Below are positions 18,108-26,015 of a DNA stretch of 64,000 nt, piece after piece; position 1 is the stretch's first letter; each line of letters opens with the position of its first letter. The stretch covers positions 26,971 through 90,970 of the forward strand of contig CACOJW010000002.1 of NCBI GenBank assembly GCA_902627615.1, read 5' to 3'. Under the pieces are notes generated by a model. It saw only the letters and a program-made list of their open reading frames with translations. It did not search any database and was not told the origin of the DNA. The stretch comes from an uncultured marine group III euryarchaeote. GTDB lineage: Archaea > Thermoplasmatota > Poseidoniia > MGIII > CG-Epi1. Position numbers and translations under genes: made by a program.

Positions 18108-18604
18108 TAGCTTGTCAAGGCCCGTTCCAAATAAGCCTTAAGCTCATTTTGATTTTCAGCATTAATTCCAAAATATTCCATAAAGGCTTCAGTTACACTT
18201 AATTCAAAACTTCGTCCTTTTCTCTCGCGCTGAACCATTCCCAACTCAACCAATTCACCCACGTGTTCATAGACTTTATCACCTAATTTTTGTTTCAATT
18301 CTTTTTGCATCATTGGTTGTTCATGAGCAATTAATGCTAAAGTTCTCAAAAGGTATGAAGGAATTTCTTGAGGAGCTAGCCTTCTTCCATATTCGACGGC
18401 TTCGGTTTTCAATTGTAGTGCATATTTGTGTCCTAATCTAACAATTTCCAAAGCCCCTTCTCTGTGTTTGTAAAGCTCAACTATGGAATCTAAAGCCCCT
18501 ATTGCCTTATTTCTCGATAATCCAGTAGCTTCAGCTACTTCGGTAGCATCCAAAGCTCTACCAGCAGAAAATAATGCAGCTTCAACAGCCATTAATTCGT
18601 TCAT
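18107..18604 (-). CDS. scpB: Segregation and condensation protein B
   Basis: VEAALFSAGRALD start and the LRTLALIAHEQPMMQKEL winged-helix block. Positioned after scpA with a 4-nt overlap. Confidence 0.85.
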   Translation of the reverse strand: MNELMAVEAALFSAGRALDATEVAEATGLSRNKAIGALDSIVELYKHREGALEIVRLGHKYALQLKTEAVEYGRRLAPQEIPSYLLRTLALIAHEQPMMQKELKQKLGDKVYEHVGELVELGMVQRERKGRSFELSVTEAFMEYFGINAENQNELKAYLERALTS

Positions 18605-19443
18605 CCAGCACTCTCCAGGTTTTTAATGTAAATATTGTGTTTTTCTAAATTTTTCTGTATGATATCTATTCGCCCTTCTCTAGCCAAAAATAAAGATCCG
18701 ACGAAAGTACGAACAACACTTGCCTTTTCAGGTCTATCAAGTAAGTCCCCGATGGGAATTGGTTTTCCGTTAAACTCGTTTATTCGTTGCCAAACTTTCT
18801 CTTTGTATTGGCTTGGATCATCATTATGCAACTTTTCACCTAATCTTTCAGCCACTTCATTTAATACAGATTCACGAGCTTCTCTCAATTTCTTTCTTCT
18901 TTCTAATCGTTCTTTACGCTCAGCTTCCATATTTTGAGCGTCTTCTAAAGCGCCTACTAATTCCATCAGGGTCACGCGTCTTTCGCCTTTAAACAATACA
19001 CTTTCATCAATTGGAGGTTCCACACTATCTTCTAATTGTTCAGCATACGTTGGCTCCCATCCAAAATCAAAATCGACCCATTCAGGTTGAGGTTCAGGTA
19101 TTGGCTCAGTTGCTTCTATTGCCCCGTTGGCTCTTAATTTTAGAACATCCCAAGCCCAGCTAAGGACTGAACCTGCTAGTGGTAAATCTAAATCATCTTC
19201 TTTGATGGCATATTTTTGATATTCTTGGATAGTATGTTTAAGATCTAGAGACCAAGGATCTAAACCATGGTCCTTTACAAGCATAAAAAGAAGGGTAACA
19301 CTTCGAGTAAATGGATCTTCTATGGTCGATACTTCAGCAGTATTTCCAGCACCTGATGCAATTTCTATGTATTGATCAATCTTATCAGAATCTACTCCGA
19401 TCATTGCTTTGTGGAATAACAAGTGATTTACGACCTGACTCAA
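18601..19443 (-). CDS. scpA: Segregation and condensation protein A (kleisin)
   Basis: LDPWSLDL motif near the N-terminus, C-terminal winged helix (FVGSLFLAREGRIDIIQ), and 4-nt overlaps with both smc and scpB. Confidence 0.85.
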   Translation of the reverse strand: MSQVVNHLLFHKAMIGVDSDKIDQYIEIASGAGNTAEVSTIEDPFTRSVTLLFMLVKDHGLDPWSLDLKHTIQEYQKYAIKEDDLDLPLAGSVLSWAWDVLKLRANGAIEATEPIPEPQPEWVDFDFGWEPTYAEQLEDSVEPPIDESVLFKGERRVTLMELVGALEDAQNMEAERKERLERRKKLREARESVLNEVAERLGEKLHNDDPSQYKEKVWQRINEFNGKPIPIGDLLDRPEKASVVRTFVGSLFLAREGRIDIIQKNLEKHNIYIKNLESAG

Positions 19444-22400
19444 GCACCCACCTCAGCTTCAACAGGCAGAGTTGATAGGAAAGTTTCAACATCTCTAATT
19501 TGATGCAATCTAGATACTCCATCATCGCCCATAAAGACTCCAATCACATTATCAGATTCCCTTAAGGCTGCGTGGTGTAAACTAACAACTAAGAATTGAG
19601 CAGCATTTGCTTGTAAGGCAATAGCTCTTCCGATGTGTTCAGTATTAACACCATCTAAGTTCTGATCAGGTTCATCGAGTAAGTAGAATGGACTTGGATC
19701 ATACCCTTGAATTGCAAATATAAAAGCCATTGAAACTAGCGATTTTTCACCACCAGACAGGGCTTCTACAGGATATAATTTCTTACGAGGCATTCTTGCT
19801 TTTATTGTTACACCGCCTTCAAACGGAGATTTTTCATTCTCCAAAACAAGCCTTGCTTCGCCACCACCAGTAATTTCCTTGAAAGAAGTTTTGAAACTTT
19901 CACTTATGCTGTTGTATACTCCCATGAATTTGGTTTCTTTTTTATCTGAAATTTTCTTTTCCAAAGTATCCAAGCGCCTTACTTCATCTTTCAGATCTTT
20001 TTTATGTTTCTTAATTTCATCATATCTTTCAGCTTCTTGCCTGTAATGATCCAATGATAACATATTGACATTCCCGAGTCTATTTCGGCTACGGTCTAGT
20101 GATTCCTTCTCAGATTCTAACTTATCTCTACTTGGTACGGTCTGTGGTGTTTTTGTCTTCTCTGGAATGCGGGCTTTTGCTTCTGCTAACTTCGGTTCTC
20201 TTGTTGCTATTTCAACTTTCAAGTCATTCATAGCGTGCTTACGACTTCTGCGAAGTTCTTGTTTTGTAGAGAATTTGCTTCTTAGGTTAGTCAATAAATC
20301 ATGTAGTTCATCACGTTCATCTCTTAAACCTTTCAATTCCTTGAACTTTTCTTGTTCTTCTTTTCTGAGAGATTTCAGAGTTTTACCGAGCTCTTTTACA
20401 TTTTGAGTTTCAACTTTACGTTTTTCTTGAAGTTCTTTCTGTTCTTTTTGATTTAATTCCAAATCACCCTTTAATCTTCCAACTTCAGACTTCATTGCAT
20501 CTACTTTTGCATCTAGTGAGGCCAAAATAGCCTGTTCTGTAGCTAATTCTTCTCTACTTTTGTCTAAGCTAATTTGCATTTCAGCAATAACTTTAGAGGA
20601 CTTTCCATCAGCAACAGCTTGTAAGTTTTCAGTAGCTTTGCTAATCTGTTTTGCACCTTTTTCGATTTCTTTCTCTAGTTTTTCTAATGAATCACTTCTT
20701 TCAAGAATTTCACCTTGTAACGCTTCAATGACTCCCTCACGTGTTTTTACAGCTTCGTTAGCTTCTTCGAGACGTTTCTTTACTTCTTCAGCTCTTCCGT
20801 CATAATCAGTAACTCTGGTCTGGAAAGCAGCTTTTTGACTTTCTAGTTCCTGTCTAGCTGTGGCTAATTTTCCAGCTTCCTCCAACAATTCGCCAAGTTG
20901 GGATGAAAGTAGCAATTTTTCAGTTTCCAATGATCTTATTTGGTTCCTTAATTCATCGATGTTATTTCTTTCAGATGTTCCAAAGTGAATTCCAGTTCTT
21001 GGTGCAGCCCCTCCGACTAAAGCCCCTCCAGCTTCTAGTAATTCGCCTTCAAGAGTCACCATGCGTCCCTTTCCTAAGTGACGCCTTGCTTCAGTTAGAG
21101 TTTTCATAATGACAGTATCTCCAAATACGTTTCCAAAAACATCTTTGTATCGCCCATCAAATTTAACTAAATCTTGTGCAAAACCCAAAGCTTCTTCCTT
21201 TTTCGATATTAGTAAGGCATGAGCGCTCGGTTTGTATGAGTGTACTTTGTTGAGCGGTAAAAATCGAACTCTTCCAATATTATTTTTCTTTAAGAAGTCG
21301 ATAGCAGCGGCAGCAGCACTATCATCTTCAGTTACAATTGATTGCAATCTTGCTCCGGCAGCTACTTCCAATGCCGTAGCATATTTTTCATCAACTCTTC
21401 CTAGTTCAGCAATTGTTCCAATTATTCCTCTTAGTTGGCCATTATCTCTACACTGTAATAATGCTTGAACGCCCTTTGCATATCCTCCAAATTCTTCTCT
21501 TGCTCTTTGAGCAGCTTCTTGGGAGGCTAACTTCATCGAATCGTTTCTTAAATCCGATTCAATTTTTGTTATTTTCTTTTGGTGAGATTCAATTGTTTTA
21601 AGCGTGGAACTGTGTTTCTCTTTAATTTTCTCTAAATTCTTTGCAGCAGATTTATTGCCAACTTCTAAATCTTTCAGTTGGAAATCAGCTTCTTTTGCAT
21701 CAGTTTCAATAGATTCAAACCATTGCTTAGATCGAACTAGCTGTTCTTCGGCATTTTTTAATTGAATTTCTAGCTGTTCTTTTTCACCCTCAAGTCGATG
21801 TCTTTGCATTTCTAGTTCTCCAGCATCTTTTCTGAGTTTTTCTAACTCTTCCCGTTGAGAGGATACAGCTTCAGAATCATTAACGGCATTACCTTCTAGC
21901 TCATTTAATCTTGCAATTTTTGCATTAACTTTACTATCTAATTTTTTTACTTTTTTCTTACCTTTTTCTAAGTTTAAGGTTAAATTTTTCAATTCTTTTG
22001 ACGAATGTTTATGGTCGCCGTTTAGTCTTTTTCTTTCATTTTCTAGAGATTCTAGTTCCTCACGAGCGCTTTCGGCATTTCTCTCGGCAACAGCGTGTGC
22101 AACTCTTGTTTTGTCTAATTCTTCTTGCAATTCTCTAGCTTTATTTCCGCCAGAAACAGCAATATTATTTTCAACATCTTTGAATTTCTCTTGAGCTTCT
22201 TCAATATCGGCTTTTCTTTTATTTTGTTCTTTCTCTAATGTTTCTAATTCTTTAGTATAAGTTTGAACTACTTCTCTTCTAGATTCTATTTCCGCTTCAT
22301 AATCGAATACAGTTCTAAATTTTAGTAATAGTTCATTTTCTTTGATTTCTTCTATTATTTTCTCTAATTTTTCTGCTGCTTCCTTTTCTCTTTCGAGTTG

Positions 22401-23027
22401 TGCTAGAGTTCTTTTAGACTCTTTAGCGCGTTCATTGAGTAAAGTTAGGTCTGCTTCTACAGAATTACGGGCACTTCTTGTACTTCTAAGTCTAGTATCA
22501 TAAGCAGTGATTCCTGCAACATCCTCTATTTTTCTTCTCCTTTCAGTGCCAGACATCAAAGATGTTTGGATTACGTCTCCCTGTTGAATTATGTTATAAC
22601 CGGTTGCATAAAGTCCGGCCCTTGAGAATAAAGCTTCAAATTCACCGGCTGATGATTTTATTCCATCAAGTAGATAATAGGTAACGGTATCTTTTCCTCT
22701 TAAACGAATTCCTTTGGTAAACGTTACTTGATCCTTTTCAATCGCTAAGAATCTATCACTATTGTCAAATACCATTGAGACTTTGCAAGATTTTGGTCCA
22801 GTTTTCTTCTTACTACCTTCTTGAAATCCATGAATAAGTTGTTTTAATTTTCTAGCTCTAAGTAATTTTGTCGAACGTGATCCAAGTATGAAAAGTATAG
22901 CATCAGTTATGTTTGATTTACCGGAACCATTTGGTCCAGTTATACAGGTAAACCCTGGTCCGAGAGGGACGGTAACGTGGCCTTTGAAAGATTTAAAATT
23001 CTCGAACTCAAGTTCGAGAAGCCTCAA
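19440..23027 (-). CDS. smc: Chromosome segregation ATPase SMC
   Basis: Walker A GPNGSGKSN, long coiled coils, a hinge (GIIGTIAELGRVDEKYATALEVAAG...IGRVRFLPLN), the signature LSGGEKSL and Walker B LLDEPDQNLD. Confidence 0.97.
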   Translation of the reverse strand: MRLLELEFENFKSFKGHVTVPLGPGFTCITGPNGSGKSNITDAILFILGSRSTKLLRARKLKQLIHGFQEGSKKKTGPKSCKVSMVFDNSDRFLAIEKDQVTFTKGIRLRGKDTVTYYLLDGIKSSAGEFEALFSRAGLYATGYNIIQQGDVIQTSLMSGTERRRKIEDVAGITAYDTRLRSTRSARNSVEADLTLLNERAKESKRTLAQLEREKEAAEKLEKIIEEIKENELLLKFRTVFDYEAEIESRREVVQTYTKELETLEKEQNKRKADIEEAQEKFKDVENNIAVSGGNKARELQEELDKTRVAHAVAERNAESAREELESLENERKRLNGDHKHSSKELKNLTLNLEKGKKKVKKLDSKVNAKIARLNELEGNAVNDSEAVSSQREELEKLRKDAGELEMQRHRLEGEKEQLEIQLKNAEEQLVRSKQWFESIETDAKEADFQLKDLEVGNKSAAKNLEKIKEKHSSTLKTIESHQKKITKIESDLRNDSMKLASQEAAQRAREEFGGYAKGVQALLQCRDNGQLRGIIGTIAELGRVDEKYATALEVAAGARLQSIVTEDDSAAAAAIDFLKKNNIGRVRFLPLNKVHSYKPSAHALLISKKEEALGFAQDLVKFDGRYKDVFGNVFGDTVIMKTLTEARRHLGKGRMVTLEGELLEAGGALVGGAAPRTGIHFGTSERNNIDELRNQIRSLETEKLLLSSQLGELLEEAGKLATARQELESQKAAFQTRVTDYDGRAEEVKKRLEEANEAVKTREGVIEALQGEILERSDSLEKLEKEIEKGAKQISKATENLQAVADGKSSKVIAEMQISLDKSREELATEQAILASLDAKVDAMKSEVGRLKGDLELNQKEQKELQEKRKVETQNVKELGKTLKSLRKEEQEKFKELKGLRDERDELHDLLTNLRSKFSTKQELRRSRKHAMNDLKVEIATREPKLAEAKARIPEKTKTPQTVPSRDKLESEKESLDRSRNRLGNVNMLSLDHYRQEAERYDEIKKHKKDLKDEVRRLDTLEKKISDKKETKFMGVYNSISESFKTSFKEITGGGEARLVLENEKSPFEGGVTIKARMPRKKLYPVEALSGGEKSLVSMAFIFAIQGYDPSPFYLLDEPDQNLDGVNTEHIGRAIALQANAAQFLVVSLHHAALRESDNVIGVFMGDDGVSRLHQIRDVETFLSTLPVEAEVGA

Positions 23028-24047
23028 TCAGAAGGCCTCCAGTTGAGCTTGGCGGGGTGAAAGCCGCATAGAATCTTTGCCGCCCTCAACGCTAGGCCCA
23101 TGTTGCCTTTTGTACGCTTTCCAGAAGCTTTTGATAAGCTTTGTTCGATCCCCACGGTCGCCTGCTACTAAACCGGATAAATAAATTGAACGGTCCTCCT
23201 TTTGCCATGCAGTAGCTGACAAACCGGCCCGAATTAACATTCCATCTAGGATTAATCTACCAACTAAACCATTACCAGATTCAAACGGTCTAACTTGCTG
23301 GAATCTATGGTGGAAAAGTATTGCCCTTTCAAATGGATGTAACGGTGAGGGATCGTGCCACCACTGCAACAATCCTTCAAGCTCATCCTCAATTAGAATT
23401 GAAGGTGGAGGCATGAAAGCGGAACCAGGCAAGCTTGCAGATTCCTCTCTAAGTATTCCGCCTTTTCCAGTACCTTCGAATAGGTCTTGATGTAATTTTA
23501 GAATAGTTCTTTTGTCAAGTCTGGCGATTCTATCAGTAATTTCATCATTTAATCTTCTAAGCGATAATGCTTCTAGAACTTTTGAAAGTGGCACTCCTGT
23601 TGGAGCTCTATCTTGTTCAAAGATTGATTGCACGTTATCGATAGACAAAGGAGCCGAGGAAAGAGCCATAGTTCCATTTACGTTTAATACACTATTTCGT
23701 GCATTAGTAACGCTTCTTTGCTCCGGAGATTCTAGTCTGTGCATGGCCCGATTAAGGAATCTCATTCGTTCCAAACCAAGTAAAGCAGATTTATCTAAGT
23801 AGGGAGTTCTGTAAGTTTCAGAAGACATAATGGCCATTCTTTCAATTGCAGCCAGTTCTAAATCTATGGTATATTGTTGCTTTAGTTGCTCTAACTCAGT
23901 TTCGTTTGGTTCGTCTGAACCAAGGTATTGTTGTACCTTTTCGACGCGACCATCATATTTGAAAGACTTAACGAGATAATAGTATTGCTGACCTCGAGTC
24001 GTCTTTCTTGTTAGATATACCATTGTAATGCAATGCATTGGTTCCAC
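23028..24047 (-). CDS. Fic/DOC-fold protein with a degenerate active-site motif
   Basis: ILFHHRFQQVRPFESGNGLVGRLILDGMLIRAGL aligns to the Fic core H-x-F-x-x-I-HPFxDGNGRxxR, but reads RPFESGNGLVGR (His to Arg, first Arg to Leu). The start may be M9 (24023). Confidence 0.7.
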   Translation of the reverse strand: MEPMHCITMVYLTRKTTRGQQYYYLVKSFKYDGRVEKVQQYLGSDEPNETELEQLKQQYTIDLELAAIERMAIMSSETYRTPYLDKSALLGLERMRFLNRAMHRLESPEQRSVTNARNSVLNVNGTMALSSAPLSIDNVQSIFEQDRAPTGVPLSKVLEALSLRRLNDEITDRIARLDKRTILKLHQDLFEGTGKGGILREESASLPGSAFMPPPSILIEDELEGLLQWWHDPSPLHPFERAILFHHRFQQVRPFESGNGLVGRLILDGMLIRAGLSATAWQKEDRSIYLSGLVAGDRGDRTKLIKSFWKAYKRQHGPSVEGGKDSMRLSPRQAQLEAF

Positions 24048-24187
24048 CTTTTAAAGATTTACTACGGAAGTGTTTCTCTTAAAAAACGCACATTACCCAC
24101 TTATTTAGTAGTAACAAAAGAAGGTGGAACACAACACACAAACCAGTCCCCGTTTTAATGTTTTATAGACGAGGCCTATAGTGAAAT

Positions 24188-24577
24188 ATGGTAATGGTTT
24201 TGTTTGTATGTACTGGGAATGCAGCGCGTTCTCAAATGGCAGAAGGATGGCTGAAAAATCTTAATTCAGACGTTAGTGTAATAAGCGCAGGTACTAAACC
24301 AGAAGGAGTCAGTAAAATTGCGATAAAGGTTATGAAAGAAATAGGTATAGATATTTCAGATCATACTTCAGATAATTTAAACGATGTCGATTGGCAAGGT
24401 GCAGATTTCGCAATAACTCTTTGTGGTTCAGCCAATGAAACTTGTGTTTCTATGCCGTGGCCAGAAACTTGTAAAAGATTGCATTGGCCAATTAAAGATC
24501 CAGTATCAGAAGACGAGTACAGAAATGCTAGAGATGAAATTAAACAAAAAATAAATAATTTCTTAATAAGTCTTTAG
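24188..24577 (+). CDS. arsC: Arsenate reductase, thioredoxin-coupled LMW-PTPase type
   Basis: CX5R P-loop VCTGNAARS, plus a downstream Cys pair (TLCGSANETC) spaced like the Cys82/Cys89 pair of the pI258-type enzyme. Confidence 0.85.
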   Translation: MVMVLFVCTGNAARSQMAEGWLKNLNSDVSVISAGTKPEGVSKIAIKVMKEIGIDISDHTSDNLNDVDWQGADFAITLCGSANETCVSMPWPETCKRLHWPIKDPVSEDEYRNARDEIKQKINNFLISL

Positions 24578-24675
24578 ATGTTCGGATTTTAGAAATATCA
24601 ATAGAATATAAAGATAGTATAGAAAGCCGAACTTCATTTCGTTAAAAGACGAACCTAATTTCTTTGATTATTTTT

Positions 24676-24694
24676 CTTTTGTCGTCGACAAAAG
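24676..24694. promoter_or_regulatory. 19-nt perfect palindrome CTTTTGTCG-T-CGACAAAAG between arsC and the ABC operon
   Basis: Read directly in the sequence. It lies ~100 nt after the arsC stop and ~88 nt before the SBP start, preceded by a T-run. It could be an operator or a terminator. Confidence 0.4.
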
Positions 24695-24781
24695 ATTAAA
24701 GATAGAGCTTCTTAATGGCATAAGATTCTGCATATAACGAAATAAGTAGTGTTAAATACAGTCTCAAGAAATAACTAGTTT

Positions 24782-25921
24782 ATGAAGCAAATCTACGCGC
24801 TAATAGTAATGCTCATGATGGCAAGCGTAGCCTTTACAGGCTGTGTAAGCGACGACGGAGATGCAGATGACACAACTGTAGATGATACTACAGGTGATAC
24901 AACTGTTGAACCGGTAGGAGAGGAAGCCAAGAGCACTCTCGATGTAATCATTGAACGCGGATCATTGAAATGTGGAATCAAGACAAGCCAATTTGGTATG
25001 GGATATCTTGATTCAGATACTGGTGTTTACTCAGGTCTAGATGTTGAATACTGCCGAGCAGTAGCTGCAGCTATTGGACTAAACCCAGATGAAAACATTG
25101 AATACGTAGTAGCAAGTGCAGGTGACAGATTCACCAAGCTAGCAGACAAAGAAATTGACGTTTTAATCAGAACCACGACCTGGACAACCAGCCGTGACGC
25201 AGACTTGAACGCAGATTTCGCAGGAATTAATTTCTATGATGGTCAAGGAATGTTGGTCAACACAGGTGCTCACGCTGATGCAGATTCAATTATGGATTTG
25301 GACGGAGCTAAAGTTTGTACAACAACTGGAACCACAACAGAAGGTAACCTAGCAGATTATTTCACAACCAATGGTCTCACTTACGATGTTGTAGGTGTTG
25401 CAGATGATGGTCAAGCAATGGAAAAATTCAAAGCAGAAGACTGTACTGCATGGACTGGTGACATGTCTAACATGGTTGCTCAACAATGGGCAGTTGGAAA
25501 CGACGCAAATGTTACTTTTGGAATGGCAATTATGCCTGAACTACTATCAAAAGAACCTTTAGGTGCAGCAACTCGTGATAACGATGCAGACTGGAACGAA
25601 GTAGTCACTTGGGTATGGTATGGTATGTTGACAGCAGAAGAACTAGGTGTTGACAGCTCTAATTACGGAGATCAAGACATGGAAAATCCAGCTTACAGCA
25701 GATTGTTGAATAACAATCTTGGTCTAGGAACCGAAGCTAATCCATTATCAGCCACATGGATGCAAGATGTGCTAAATCATGTAGGAAACTACCATGAAGC
25801 ATACGATAAGTCATTCTGTGACGGTGATGGAACTATGGCTAACTGTCTAGTAGACAGAGCTGGCACAATGAACGCACCTTACTGGGAAGGCGGACTACAA
25901 TACGCCCCACCAATGAGGTAA
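24782..25921 (+). CDS. Polar/general amino-acid ABC transporter substrate-binding lipoprotein (AapJ/BztA-like)
   Basis: Signal peptide with FTGC lipobox, a D/T-rich linker and type-II SBP blocks (LKCGIK..., DVLIRTTTWT..R). First gene of a 4-gene ABC operon. Confidence 0.85.
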   Translation: MKQIYALIVMLMMASVAFTGCVSDDGDADDTTVDDTTGDTTVEPVGEEAKSTLDVIIERGSLKCGIKTSQFGMGYLDSDTGVYSGLDVEYCRAVAAAIGLNPDENIEYVVASAGDRFTKLADKEIDVLIRTTTWTTSRDADLNADFAGINFYDGQGMLVNTGAHADADSIMDLDGAKVCTTTGTTTEGNLADYFTTNGLTYDVVGVADDGQAMEKFKAEDCTAWTGDMSNMVAQQWAVGNDANVTFGMAIMPELLSKEPLGAATRDNDADWNEVVTWVWYGMLTAEELGVDSSNYGDQDMENPAYSRLLNNNLGLGTEANPLSATWMQDVLNHVGNYHEAYDKSFCDGDGTMANCLVDRAGTMNAPYWEGGLQYAPPMR

Positions 25922-25957
25922 AGTTCTAAGAGCTAACTAAAAACTAAGTAGAAGGGA

Positions 25958-25980
25958 ACTCCGGGATTTATTCCCGGGGT
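25958..25980 (+). other. Intra-operon GC-rich hairpin after the SBP gene
   Basis: ACTCCGGGA-TTTAT-TCCCGGGGT (9 bp including one G-U pair) followed by TTT, located 37 nt after the SBP stop. Confidence 0.5.
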
Positions 25981-26015
25981 TTCCAACATATACTCCTTTC
26001 TCGTAGGAGAAATGA

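Noticed and set aside
20065-21601. Several 60-113-aa plus-strand ORFs inside smc
   Set aside because: They are antisense to the coiled-coil region. The Glu/Lys/Leu codon bias of the coil keeps the reverse frames open. No motifs were found.
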